Part shown: positions 28,773 to 38,716 of the stretch, piece after piece
Position numbering within the stretch: the first letter of the stretch is position 1
Layout of the letters: each line of letters starts with the position of its first letter
NCBI GenBank assembly: GCA_038844925.1
Contig: JAWBQY010000001.1
Span: 224,361-288,360, forward strand
Direction of reading: 5' to 3'
DNA: 64,000 bases
Origin: Sulfolobales archaeon
GTDB lineage: Archaea > Thermoproteota > Thermoprotei_A > Sulfolobales > NBVN01
Program-made: the position numbers and the translations under genes
The notes under the pieces: model-generated
Told to the model about the DNA's origin: nothing
Database searches by the model: none
Seen by the model: only the letters and a program-made list of their open reading frames with translations

Positions 28773-31577
28773 TCAATCCCAGAACCTCCTCGTGGAGACG
28801 TACCTTCTCTCAAACTCATATATAGTATAGTAAAAGTCTTCATCATCCTTAACACTTAAAACCTTCTTAGCTGTTTCAGGACCTACCCCATAGGCAGCTA
28901 AAGCGATTACAGCCCTCCTACCGTAATTTAAGACTAGATACGCTGACTCCTTAAGTCTGAGGAATTCTTCCTTCTCCTCATCACTTAAGGTGAATTTATA
29001 ATTCTTACCGGACTTCAAACCCTTAAGCACTAACTTAACGATATCATCACTTAAATCCTTACTAACACCTACGTACCTTACATTACATTTGGGACATGAG
29101 ATACTATCAGGAAGGTCCTTAACAAAGCTGATATAGCTATAACCGCATATCATACATATCAACCTCACCTTCTTACTTAGAAGCCTCCTCTTCACCATCT
29201 CCGATATTATGTTCTTAGGTATGTATCTAGCTAGGACTCTCCCGCTAAAGCCAGGTATTTTAAGACCTTCAAGTGCTAGTGGTGAGAGCTCGCTGACCTC
29301 TATAAACTTAATTATGGTTTTACCCTCAGCCAACCTTCTAACAAACTTCTTAAGTGTTGGTAAGTCTACATACCTACATGTAAGTTCGTTAAGTACCTCC
29401 CTACATATTAGTTCATTGTCTTCAAATCTCTTGGCAAGTGCGTTAATTATATTTAGAGGGGCGTTCTCAGGTATAATTCCCATCCGCTTAAGCACGTTAA
29501 CTAAAACAAGCCTATATATGGAGGACCTCCTTAAAGATTCCTTAAACAACTCCTCTAAACCGTCTTCGAGTAGTGTCGACCTTACTATAGACTCCACACT
29601 ACTTAATTGGATACGTGTAGGTAGTTGAATAACCACCCTATAGGGGTCTGACTTAATTAATGGGTTCAACCCTAAATACCTACTAAATGCATAGCCGAGT
29701 AAGTAGCTTAAACCTCTATTACCCCTACTTCCTAGACATGAGTGTAAAACGATGACTGTCGGGGTTGACTTCTTAACCTCTACTACGAGTAAGTCCTCAC
29801 TAGGTAGTGGGTACCCACTATTTACGTGTTTTGATATAATGTCCTTTAAGTATTTTAAAATCTCTTCAGAGATTAACCCAGCATACTGTTTTGGTAGGTG
29901 ATTAAGAGCTAATAACTTCCTCAAAGCGCAGACCTCCCTAGCCACTCTATACTCAACAGGTATTGTCTCACCAACCCAAGATGGTATTAAGTATTCCCCA
30001 CTGCCTGCCTCCTCTACGTAGACCTTCCTCTCCTCCTCATCAATACCGACCACCCTCCACAACCTACCGCTGAGAACTAACGAAGACCCTTCATTAACTT
30101 CTAAAGCTACGAACTCCTCATCTAATTGACCTATCGGGGTCATAGACGCTAAATCGATGACTAAGTAGTGGGGTGAGTCAACAATCATAGTGGTAGTTAA
30201 GTAGTAAATCCTACCCTTCCCAGTAGCTTCAATTAAGGAGCCATTCGACTTAATTAAGGAAAGATCTGAAAGCAATTCTAACACCTTATTGAATTCCTCA
30301 AACGTCAGGTCCCTAAAAACGTATGAATTCCTCAATACTTCATAGGCAGTAGTGGGTTCCATCCTACCTTCCTGGAGGAGTAGGCCGACTATCTGATGGG
30401 TTAGTACGTCAAGCGGGTTCTCATGAATTGAGAAGTATTCTAACTCATTATTTAGACTCCTACGTATGATGACTAAAGACTCTAGAATATCATCTAATGA
30501 AATGTCCGTAACTACGTATCCTTTAGCCTTAAGCCCCGCCCTATGCATGCTCCTACCAACCCTCTGAACAAGCTTTACAACCTGCTTAGGTGATGATACC
30601 TGAATGACAGCATCAACACTACCGACATCAATACCTAATTCAAGACTTGAAGTTGCCACTACTCCCTTAATCTCCCCATCCTTCAACTTCTTCTCAACAG
30701 CTTCTCTTTCATCCCTGGACAGGCTACCGTGATGTACATATACGTTAACTCCTAACTCCCTTAGTTTTAGTCCTAAGAGCTCTGCATCATTACGTGTATT
30801 AGTAAATACTATCACTTCATTGTGCTTACTCATTATATCCTTAATTAGGGAAGCCGTGTCAATCGAGCCTCCGGAAGTGTAGGGAGTTACTAACTCGATA
30901 TCCATATCTCTAGCATTAAGTATGACTACATCATCTACTATCCTACCGTAGGAGAGGAACTTCTTAGCTAGTTGAATATCTCCTATACTAGCAGATAGGC
31001 CTATCCTTTGCGGTTTCTTAGCGATTAGCTCAAACCTACTGAGAGATGCTATTAACTCAGAACCCCTCTTACTGTTAACTAGTTCGTGAAGTTCATCAAT
31101 AACTACGTATTTAGTATTAGCGAGGTAATTCCTTAAAGAATTACTTATTAGGAGGTATTGGAAGGTTTCAGGAGTGGTTATAATTATATGTGGTGGATTT
31201 CTCTCTAAAGACCTCCTCAGACTCTGAGGTGTGTCACCGTGACGTGCCTGAATCCTTAGACCGAGGTCGGAGCATATGCTCGATAACCTCCTCATCAAGT
31301 CTCTGTTTAATGCCCTCAAAGGGGTTATGTATATTAAGCTAATTGGTTGGTGCTTACTTACATCATCTACCATCTTAGATATTAAAGGGAATACTGCTGC
31401 CTCAGTCTTCCCACTTCCCGTAGGAGCTACTATTAATACGTCACGCCCCCTAATAATTAAGGGTATAGACTTCTTCTGAACTTCTGTTAATTCGTTATAA
31501 CCGTATTTAAGCATGACCTTAACTAAATTCTGGTTAAGCATGCTCAGTACGTCTTTAACATTACCCACTTCCAGCAC
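28773..31577 (-). CDS. lhr: Lhr-like ATP-dependent SF2 helicase (start approximate)
   Basis: APTGSGKT, PLRALNRD, DELH, HHGSLS, ATSSLELGID, QRVGRS, C-terminal zinc finger. Confidence 0.9.
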   Translation of the reverse strand: MLEVGNVKDVLSMLNQNLVKVMLKYGYNELTEVQKKSIPLIIRGRDVLIVAPTGSGKTEAAVFPLISKMVDDVSKHQPISLIYITPLRALNRDLMRRLSSICSDLGLRIQARHGDTPQSLRRSLERNPPHIIITTPETFQYLLISNSLRNYLANTKYVVIDELHELVNSKRGSELIASLSRFELIAKKPQRIGLSASIGDIQLAKKFLSYGRIVDDVVILNARDMDIELVTPYTSGGSIDTASLIKDIMSKHNEVIVFTNTRNDAELLGLKLRELGVNVYVHHGSLSRDEREAVEKKLKDGEIKGVVATSSLELGIDVGSVDAVIQVSSPKQVVKLVQRVGRSMHRAGLKAKGYVVTDISLDDILESLVIIRRSLNNELEYFSIHENPLDVLTHQIVGLLLQEGRMEPTTAYEVLRNSYVFRDLTFEEFNKVLELLSDLSLIKSNGSLIEATGKGRIYYLTTTMIVDSPHYLVIDLASMTPIGQLDEEFVALEVNEGSSLVLSGRLWRVVGIDEEERKVYVEEAGSGEYLIPSWVGETIPVEYRVAREVCALRKLLALNHLPKQYAGLISEEILKYLKDIISKHVNSGYPLPSEDLLVVEVKKSTPTVIVLHSCLGSRGNRGLSYLLGYAFSRYLGLNPLIKSDPYRVVIQLPTRIQLSSVESIVRSTLLEDGLEELFKESLRRSSIYRLVLVNVLKRMGIIPENAPLNIINALAKRFEDNELICREVLNELTCRYVDLPTLKKFVRRLAEGKTIIKFIEVSELSPLALEGLKIPGFSGRVLARYIPKNIISEMVKRRLLSKKVRLICMICGYSYISFVKDLPDSISCPKCNVRYVGVSKDLSDDIVKLVLKGLKSGKNYKFTLSDEEKEEFLRLKESAYLVLNYGRRAVIALAAYGVGPETAKKVLSVKDDEDFYYTIYEFERRYVSTRRFWD

Positions 31578-31623
31578 ATCTAATACTACAGTAGCAAAAA
31601 ACTTATACGTTTGATGCGGAAAT

Positions 31624-33342
31624 ATGAGTAGTATGGAGATCTTGAGATTTAAGAGATTAGTAGGTGCATTACTCATAATTCTGCTGAACTTAATGCTTGG
31701 TGGGTTGTTAAGGCTACCTACCTCACTAATCTCATTAATGTTAACTGTAAATTCGTCGTATATTATAGCCTCTGTAGCTGGTATCGTGGTAGGTTTCTTA
31801 GGTAATGTCCTAGTAGTGATTGTAGAGGCTGCTACTTTAATTATTATCTACTTTATAATGCTTAATATTAACTTAAGCATTTCTCTAATCTACGTAGTAT
31901 TTCCATACTTGTTAGGCGTTATTATCGGTTCATCATTTCTTAGGAGATTAAATTTAACACTACCTAAGATATATGCAGGTGTGGGAATACACTCACTAAG
32001 TAATTTCCTTATGATTACTGGGGCATCACTTATTACTATGTACTTTATTTCAACACTACCTGTCAGTAGTGAGTTAGTACTTAGTAGTAAGGCTCTAGCG
32101 GGCTTTAAGTACTACATAATGCTTTGCGGTCTCATATGCAATTCCTTCGTAGTGTCAGTATCAACTCAATTCGAACAAATTAATTTGAAGTCCGTTCCTA
32201 CTTATATACTGCTAATACTTACTGTTTCACTATCCTGGATATCAACACCGTCGATAATTCTTACGAGTTATGAGTACTTAAGAGGTACGGAAAGTTACTT
32301 CATCTTAGGTAAGATCGTTAGGAAGTTAAGTGGGGGTACGCCTAAGTACGTGTTCGGAGGTTACGTTAAAATACCTATTAACGTTAAGGATAATAGGCAC
32401 GTAGTCATAGTTGGTATGAGTGGTAGTGGTAAGTCGTACCTTGCGATGAAGATAGTTAAACAGTTAGCCGGTAAGCACCCCATACTGATTATAGACCCCC
32501 ATGGTGAGTACGTCGAATTAGTTAGGAGTTTAAAAGGTAGGGTCTTAACACCGCTTGGAAATCCTGTAAACCCATTAGATACTTTAGGTAAGCCTAAGAA
32601 CGTGAGAGCTGAAGAAGTTAGTGATATGATTAAGAGGGTATTCAGACTAGGCAACCTTCAGAAGTACTCACTATATAATCTAATATTAAGTACTTATGAG
32701 AGATTAGGCGATGGTGTAATACCTACATTTAATGATGTATATTCAACGTTGATTTACTACTTAGACAATGCCTCCAATCCTTCTAGTGAGGTATACCTTA
32801 GTAGGGAGATGCTTAGTGCGTTAATCCCCTATCTAGACCTGCTCAGAGGTCCTTACTTAACGTCAACTGCTCTACGGCCTGAGGACCTAGTCAACGGGTT
32901 AACGGTTATCGATTTAAGTGTGGTTGAAAGTGAGTCTTTAATAGGTATTTACGTTGAAAGCCTGCTCTACCTACTGGAGACATATATAAAAACATCATCT
33001 AGTAGTGAATTACTCATAATTGTTGATGAAGCCCATAAGTTCATGGGCGGTAAAATCGCCCCACTACTAAGTAAGTTAATTATGGAGGGAAGGAAGTTCG
33101 GACTAGGTCTAATAATAATTACTCAACAACCACTTGACCTTGAGCCGAGCATTATAGCTAACTCAGCATATATAATCTCATTTGCTATTCAAGAAGTCAA
33201 CAACTTAAACTACATATCTAAGGTCTTATGCGGTAGTAATATCAAATATGAAGTGGTTAGAAATCTGGTAGCAAATCTTAAGAAACATGAAGCCTTAGTA
33301 AGAATAAGAGATGAGGGAGGTCTATACCTCATTAAAGCTTAA
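31624..33342 (+). CDS. Membrane-anchored HerA/VirB4-like ATPase (CedB-like)
   Basis: About 6 N-terminal TM segments; HVVIVGMSGSGKS, IDPHGEY, IVDEAH, EGRKFG, ITQQP. Confidence 0.8.
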   Translation: MSSMEILRFKRLVGALLIILLNLMLGGLLRLPTSLISLMLTVNSSYIIASVAGIVVGFLGNVLVVIVEAATLIIIYFIMLNINLSISLIYVVFPYLLGVIIGSSFLRRLNLTLPKIYAGVGIHSLSNFLMITGASLITMYFISTLPVSSELVLSSKALAGFKYYIMLCGLICNSFVVSVSTQFEQINLKSVPTYILLILTVSLSWISTPSIILTSYEYLRGTESYFILGKIVRKLSGGTPKYVFGGYVKIPINVKDNRHVVIVGMSGSGKSYLAMKIVKQLAGKHPILIIDPHGEYVELVRSLKGRVLTPLGNPVNPLDTLGKPKNVRAEEVSDMIKRVFRLGNLQKYSLYNLILSTYERLGDGVIPTFNDVYSTLIYYLDNASNPSSEVYLSREMLSALIPYLDLLRGPYLTSTALRPEDLVNGLTVIDLSVVESESLIGIYVESLLYLLETYIKTSSSSELLIIVDEAHKFMGGKIAPLLSKLIMEGRKFGLGLIIITQQPLDLEPSIIANSAYIISFAIQEVNNLNYISKVLCGSNIKYEVVRNLVANLKKHEALVRIRDEGGLYLIKA

Positions 33343-33378
33343 ATGTATTTAGGAATTTAATGTGTGAGGGTTTATCTA

Positions 33379-33645
33379 GTGAGTGAGGAAGAGGAAATTC
33401 CTGTAGAGGAGGTATCAGAGGAGAAAGGTGAGGAAGTTGAGGAGGAAGGTGAGGAAGTTTTAAGAGGCTTTACAATAGAGGGTTTAGAACTAATGTTAGC
33501 TAGGGTTGAGGAAATCGAAAAATTGGTTAAAGGACTACCCCCATCCTCTAAAGCTGAATTAAAAGAGAAAACGTCGAGGAAGGAAAAGCGCCAAGAAGAA
33601 GTCAAACCCAAACGTTCTAAGAAGTCAAAGCATAAGACTGAGTAA
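33379..33645 (+). CDS. rpo13: RNA polymerase subunit Rpo13-like
   Basis: Acidic N-tail, helical core FTIEGLELMLARVEEIEKLVKG and Lys-rich C-tail match the Rpo13 layout. Confidence 0.6.
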   Translation: MSEEEEIPVEEVSEEKGEEVEEEGEEVLRGFTIEGLELMLARVEEIEKLVKGLPPSSKAELKEKTSRKEKRQEEVKPKRSKKSKHKTE

Positions 33646-33703
33646 GACCTTCTAAAGCATACCTCATAAGCGATTAACCTTAGTTAACTTACTATTCATA
33701 GCT

Positions 33704-33763
33704 CCAGGTTTCTGGAACGTGTAGTAGTTCGCTGGCAGGTTTGAAAAGGTAGTGATGAACTAC
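33704..33763 (+). repeat. Dispersed ~60-bp repeat, copy 1
   Basis: Aligns by eye with 47937-47995 (39 of the first 50 columns identical, shared AACTAC end). Confidence 0.7.
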
Positions 33764-33839
33764 CCTAGATTGCATAGCCATTTCAGATGCATTAAGGTTT
33801 TGAGGAAGTCTGAGGGATTAAATGTGTGTATGGGCTCAG

Positions 33840-34020
33840 GTTTCATGTTGGTTGATTTGGTTTGCTGCCAACCCCTAGCCCCACAGACCTCAGAGCACCA
33901 TTTCATCGGCGCCCACGTCATTAGCTTCCCCATTCAGGGTAACCCCAACCCACAGCTCACCCTCATCGGGCTCACAGTTATGGGAAACCCCACATCCTTG
34001 GCTTTGAATGCCTAACCCGC
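33840..34020 (-). mobile_element. Remnant of an IS200/IS605 tnpB 3' end / omegaRNA-like structured region
   Basis: GC-rich island reading DVGFP...EPDEGELWVGVTL (recalled crenarchaeal TnpB tail) with stems and K-turn-like ATGA...CTGA; no intact tnpB. Confidence 0.5.
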
Positions 34021-34351
34021 TTAGGTCTTCACTACTTACCTACATTATGGGTAGGTTCAGGAGATGTTATGTGGGGAAACCTTAACCACTAATGCCTTCT
34101 CTAAGAGCTTCCTATGTATTGTCTCCTTCGGTATTTTAAAACAATCCATGAAAGTTTACAAGAGAAGTAACTGGCTGTTTCCCTTTTCAACATTTTAGTT
34201 GGGTGGTTTTTACATACTTGTAGATTTAAGGTCTTCCACCCTTCGGTGAGGTTTTTATAAACTTCGAAATACGTATCAATACATCTTTGATGTGTGAGGA
34301 CTAAACATTAGAGAAAGTAAAACCTGTGAAGAACTACTTACTATGAAACTA

Positions 34352-34729
34352 CTACCCCTCTACTAACTCGAAATCGAGCTGTAATTCCTTTAATATCTTA
34401 GATATGAAGTCTAATCCTATTCTCTTATCAAAAACTAGCTGTACGGATTCCACGCCATCTTTCTTAAAGAGCTTTATCTTATCAACAACTACTAGGCCTT
34501 TGAGCAGGTCCCCTTCATCCTTCGTAGGCGATATAAAGTCCTTAAACTTCCTCTTCATCATATCGTAAAACAGGTTAAAGTTATTTAATATCCTTAGAGC
34601 ATCGTTAATGTCTGAGGTGTTCCTACCATATACTTCCTTCAAGTAGGTAAGTATTTTAGTAATGCTTACACGGTCACCTTCAATATATGTATAGCCGGTA
34701 AAACTCCTTACTAATTTTATTTTAGACAT
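34352..34729 (-). CDS. Conserved hypothetical protein
   Basis: 125-aa ORF with typical codon usage, divergent from PCNA. Confidence 0.7.
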   Translation of the reverse strand: MSKIKLVRSFTGYTYIEGDRVSITKILTYLKEVYGRNTSDINDALRILNNFNLFYDMMKRKFKDFISPTKDEGDLLKGLVVVDKIKLFKKDGVESVQLVFDKRIGLDFISKILKELQLDFELVEG

Positions 34730-34812
34730 CGTAATTAGGCCCTTCTATAATAGCTTAAAAACATAATAAGTATTAAATTAACTATAGAACCTAGTAATTA
34801 TGTGGGAGTTTC

Positions 34813-35565
34813 ATGTTTAAAATTAAGTATCCTGTAGGGGCTAGGATTAAGAGGATTTTCCAAGATAGTTTAAAACCAATAGATGAAGTGCCGATAAGTG
34901 TTGATGCTGACGGACTCTTAATACGTGCATTAAGTCCGGATAAGAACTTATTAGTCGAGGTGGTAATGCCTCAAACAGCTTTCGAATTATTTGACGTTAA
35001 TAGGAGGACTACCCTAACTGTCGATAAATCCCAGTTCTTAAGAAGTTTTAGGAAGGTTGGTAAGAAGGATAGCGTCTTAATAGAATTTGAGGAGGGTAAT
35101 AGGGCGCTTAAGTTAACTTTAATCAACATGAGGACAGGTGTTGAGAGGAATTACGTCGTAAACGTTAGGGAAGTCGGTAATGAATTAGTAAGTTCTATCA
35201 ATATAGACTTGCCAGTAAGATTCCAAATACCTTCAGAGGATTTAAGAAAGATCATAGCTGATGCTAAACTAATTGATGAGGATTTAGAGCTAAGGTATGA
35301 GGGAAACCGTATAGAAGTTGTAAGCACTTCAGAGAATAAGATGTTTAAACAAATACTAGCTCTAGACAGACCGTTATACTTCCTAGAGGCTAAAGAAACG
35401 CAAGTATCTAGTAAGTACGATTTAGACCTACTTAAAGCTCTTGCTAAATCATTCACCCTAGCTGATGTTACAACCGTTGAGTTCGGCCCCTCACTACCTA
35501 TTAAGATCTCTGTAGAAATAGGTGATGGTTCAAGAATAACGTATTGGATTGCATCTAAGATTTAA
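34813..35565 (+). CDS. pcn: DNA polymerase sliding clamp (PCNA paralog)
   Basis: RALSPDK, SSKYDL, EFGPSLPIKI, ITYWIA; 250 aa. Confidence 0.9.
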   Translation: MFKIKYPVGARIKRIFQDSLKPIDEVPISVDADGLLIRALSPDKNLLVEVVMPQTAFELFDVNRRTTLTVDKSQFLRSFRKVGKKDSVLIEFEEGNRALKLTLINMRTGVERNYVVNVREVGNELVSSINIDLPVRFQIPSEDLRKIIADAKLIDEDLELRYEGNRIEVVSTSENKMFKQILALDRPLYFLEAKETQVSSKYDLDLLKALAKSFTLADVTTVEFGPSLPIKISVEIGDGSRITYWIASKI

Positions 35566-35778
35566 CGGTTTAAATAAGAATTTCTTAGAGTTAGTGCTCA
35601 CCTCCTTCTTTAGCAGTCCTTCTCTCACCATATCAGCTATAATACTCCTTAACGTCAGGGGATCTAAAGTAATACCTGAAGCTTCTAACACAGTTTTCAG
35701 CTCGTAGAATGTCTTAACCTCACGCTGTAAAATAAGCTTAATTATTAAGTCCTTAATATCTGAATCGTTTAAACTCAT
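35530..35778 (-). CDS. Small winged-helix protein
   Basis: LRSIIADMVREGLLKK wHTH pattern; overlaps the upstream aminotransferase stop. Confidence 0.55.
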   Translation of the reverse strand: MSLNDSDIKDLIIKLILQREVKTFYELKTVLEASGITLDPLTLRSIIADMVREGLLKKEVSTNSKKFLFKPLNLRCNPIRYS

Positions 35779-37132
35779 TGTTAACTACCTTAATCACATC
35801 CTCTAAGATATCTAAACCCTTATGGGCCAATTCCTCTGATATCGTAAGCGGAGGTGCGATCCTAATCGTAGAGTAGCCAGCACCTATGACTGCTAAGCCT
35901 TTCTTAAACGATTCCATTAGGACTTTACTTAACTCCTTATACGCATATCCCTTCGACCTCTTATCATTAACTAACTCTACACCTATCATTAACCCCTTAC
36001 CGCGGACATGACCTACCAACTCATACTTACTGACCCACTCTGAAATTCTCTTCATGATGGATTCCCCAACCCTTAACGCGTTGTCAAGTACTTTCTCACT
36101 CTTTATGACTTCTATTACAGCCCTACTAGCAGCTAATGCTACAGGGTTTCCCCCAAACGTTGATGCGTGAGTCCCTTTAGGTAATGACATAACTTCAGCC
36201 CTACCAGCTATAGCTCCTAATGGAAGTCCTGAGGCCAGGGCTTTAGAGGAGACTATAATATCAGGCTTCACACCCCAGTGTTCAGCAGCAAACCACTTAC
36301 CAGTCCTCCCCATACCTGATTGAACTTCATCAAATACTAATAGTATTCCGTAGTTATCACATAACTTCCTCAGCTTTGGTAAGAAGTCGTCGGGGGGAAC
36401 TACGTAACCACCCTCACCTAAGATAGGCTCTATAAATACGCCAGCTACGTCATCTCCATCAACCAACCTCCTAAATATGTAATCCTCAATATACGATATA
36501 ACTGCCTCCCCACATTCGCTACCCTCCACTCTTAAAGGACATCTGTAAGGATCTGGATAAGGTACGTTAATCACTCCAGGCAATAGGGGTTGAAAGTACT
36601 TCCTATGGATTGGCTTACTCCCAGATAGTGATAAACTTCCTAAAGTCCTGCCGTGAAAAGAACCTATGAATGCGATCACATACTGCCTAGTATTCCTGAA
36701 GTACCCTTTAACAATTTTTAAAGCTCCTTCAATTCCTTCCGTACCACTATTACAGTAGAATACCTTCTTCCTACCATCTATAGGTACTACCTCTAAGAAC
36801 TCCTTAGCATGTAGTACAGCTTCCTCATAGAGGAAGTCGGTAAGTGAGTAATGGATTAACTTACTGGCCTGTTTTTGAATAGCTTCTACTACTTTAGGAT
36901 GGTTATGACCGACATTCATAACACCTATACCTGAGTTGAAGTCTATGTATAGATTCCCATCTAAATCCTCTACTACGGACCCACAACCACTCTTAACTAC
37001 TAGAGGGTACCACCTACTGAAAGACTGCATGATAAGTTCTTCATCACTTTCTATGACGGCTTTAGACTTAGGGCCGGGAGGCGTTACTACGATCTTAGGT
37101 ACCTCGTCGAAGCACTCACTACTACAGCTCAT
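35753..37132 (-). CDS. Class III PLP aminotransferase (4-aminobutyrate/ornithine aminotransferase-like)
   Basis: [45 protein letters not shown]. Confidence 0.92.
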   Translation of the reverse strand: MSCSSECFDEVPKIVVTPPGPKSKAVIESDEELIMQSFSRWYPLVVKSGCGSVVEDLDGNLYIDFNSGIGVMNVGHNHPKVVEAIQKQASKLIHYSLTDFLYEEAVLHAKEFLEVVPIDGRKKVFYCNSGTEGIEGALKIVKGYFRNTRQYVIAFIGSFHGRTLGSLSLSGSKPIHRKYFQPLLPGVINVPYPDPYRCPLRVEGSECGEAVISYIEDYIFRRLVDGDDVAGVFIEPILGEGGYVVPPDDFLPKLRKLCDNYGILLVFDEVQSGMGRTGKWFAAEHWGVKPDIIVSSKALASGLPLGAIAGRAEVMSLPKGTHASTFGGNPVALAASRAVIEVIKSEKVLDNALRVGESIMKRISEWVSKYELVGHVRGKGLMIGVELVNDKRSKGYAYKELSKVLMESFKKGLAVIGAGYSTIRIAPPLTISEELAHKGLDILEDVIKVVNNEFKRFRY

Positions 37133-37234
37133 CACCACTACCCAACTAATCGGTCTGTTAAGATTAAAAATACTTTCGAATTTCACAGAAAATATTTTTA
37201 AGTTAAGTAGCGTGGTTGACTCCTCAGTCCTCTC

Positions 37235-38488
37235 TCACCTAATAGTTGATGAGATCGATGAAGCTATTCTTAACAATTTAGAATCATCGCCTACTCTACA
37301 TACGAGTTGAATACCTACCGGCAACCCCCTAACTTTAAGTGCTGGTACTGAAATAGCTGGAGCTCCTATGTAGGAGGCATACACGGTTTCATATGTAAGT
37401 AGACTCCTTATACTTCCATCCTCCCTACCTAAGACATCCTCTATTTTAGGGGCTGGTATAGGTGTAGTTGGTGTTATTAATGCATCAACCCTCTTTAAAA
37501 TGCTGTTAAGCTCATCCCTAACTTCATCTCGATGAGCCATAGCTTCAAGATATTCTACCGCCTTATACTCAAGTCCTTTCTCAACTAACCTCCTAACGTC
37601 CGGTCTATAATCATCCCACCTATCCCTATGTCTCATATGGATTGCAGTAGCTTCGCTGTACCTAATTACCGGGAAGAACCTCCAAACATACTTTTCAGCA
37701 TTAACCATATTAACTTCCTCATACTCACAGCCTAACTCAGCAACATAGTTAAGGAAACTATTTTCTACCTCCTCTACCAAGTCTGGAGCCAGCGTTCTCA
37801 ACCACTCCGGCACTCTAAACCATGTTGGTACCCCCAATCTCAGCCTCCTAACATCAACATGCTCAACCTCAAGTCTGATGAAGGCTTCTGAAACCCTGTA
37901 AATCCAGTCTAAATCACTTGCTAGAAAACCTATAGTATCTAATGAAGGTGATAGAGGGTATACGCCGTAGGTATTGATTAATCCGTAAGTAGGTTTATAT
38001 CCATACACACCGCATAATGAGGCCGGCACCCTAACAGAACCAGCCGTATCAGTTCCTAAAGCAACCGGTATTAACGACGCAGCAACTGCTGCCGCGGAAC
38101 CACCACTACTACCACCTGCTATTCTACTAGTATCTAACGGATTTTTAGTAGGACCGAAAACACTTGAAGTGGTAGTGGCCCCGGATGCAAACTCATGCGT
38201 GTTAGTCTTACCGACTACTACCCATCCACCCTCCTTAAGGACCTTAACTACGTATGCATCGTACTCAGGTATGAAGTTCATATATAGCTTAGATCCCATT
38301 GTAGTGCGAAGACCTTTAGTATATATTACATCCTTAACACCTAGTGGTAAGGGCTCTAAACCCCTTCTTAAAATACGTTCTGCCTCATTTAATGCCTCAT
38401 CATTATACAATACAAAGGCGTTGATGTTAGAGTTAATCCTCCTAGAATTCTCACTTAATGCGTGTTCTATGAGTTCATAACCACTCAC
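37235..38488 (-). CDS. Amidase-signature family enzyme
   Basis: GVKD, GKTNTHEF, GGSSGGSA, GTDTAGSVRVPA. Confidence 0.9.
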   Translation of the reverse strand: MSGYELIEHALSENSRRINSNINAFVLYNDEALNEAERILRRGLEPLPLGVKDVIYTKGLRTTMGSKLYMNFIPEYDAYVVKVLKEGGWVVVGKTNTHEFASGATTTSSVFGPTKNPLDTSRIAGGSSGGSAAAVAASLIPVALGTDTAGSVRVPASLCGVYGYKPTYGLINTYGVYPLSPSLDTIGFLASDLDWIYRVSEAFIRLEVEHVDVRRLRLGVPTWFRVPEWLRTLAPDLVEEVENSFLNYVAELGCEYEEVNMVNAEKYVWRFFPVIRYSEATAIHMRHRDRWDDYRPDVRRLVEKGLEYKAVEYLEAMAHRDEVRDELNSILKRVDALITPTTPIPAPKIEDVLGREDGSIRSLLTYETVYASYIGAPAISVPALKVRGLPVGIQLVCRVGDDSKLLRIASSISSTIR

Positions 38489-38529
38489 TCAGAATCCCTT
38501 ATAAAAGATAAAACCACATTTAAAAATAA

Positions 38530-38583
38530 CTAACTCCACCCTGAAGGGTTTTGAAGCCGTAAGAGGTCTTCAGGGCAGTAGTT
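38530..38583. repeat. Intergenic inverted repeat, possibly IS605-derived
   Basis: CCCTGAAG...CTTCAGGG arms within AACTCCACCCTGAAG...CTTCAGGGCAGTAGTT. Confidence 0.4.
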
Positions 38584-38716
38584 TTAGAGCTGTATCTGCT
38601 TTCCGTAATGAGTAGCTCATCCATCAAGAACCCTGAGGCCGACGTCGCACTTAAAATCATCGTCAAAAATAAAAGAGTACTGTAATACTACTTCCTCTGG
38701 CTCAGTATGCTTAAGT

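Noticed and set aside
33752-34015. 87-aa plus-strand ORF
   Set aside because: Antisense to the tnpB-tail-like remnant; atypical composition, no motifs
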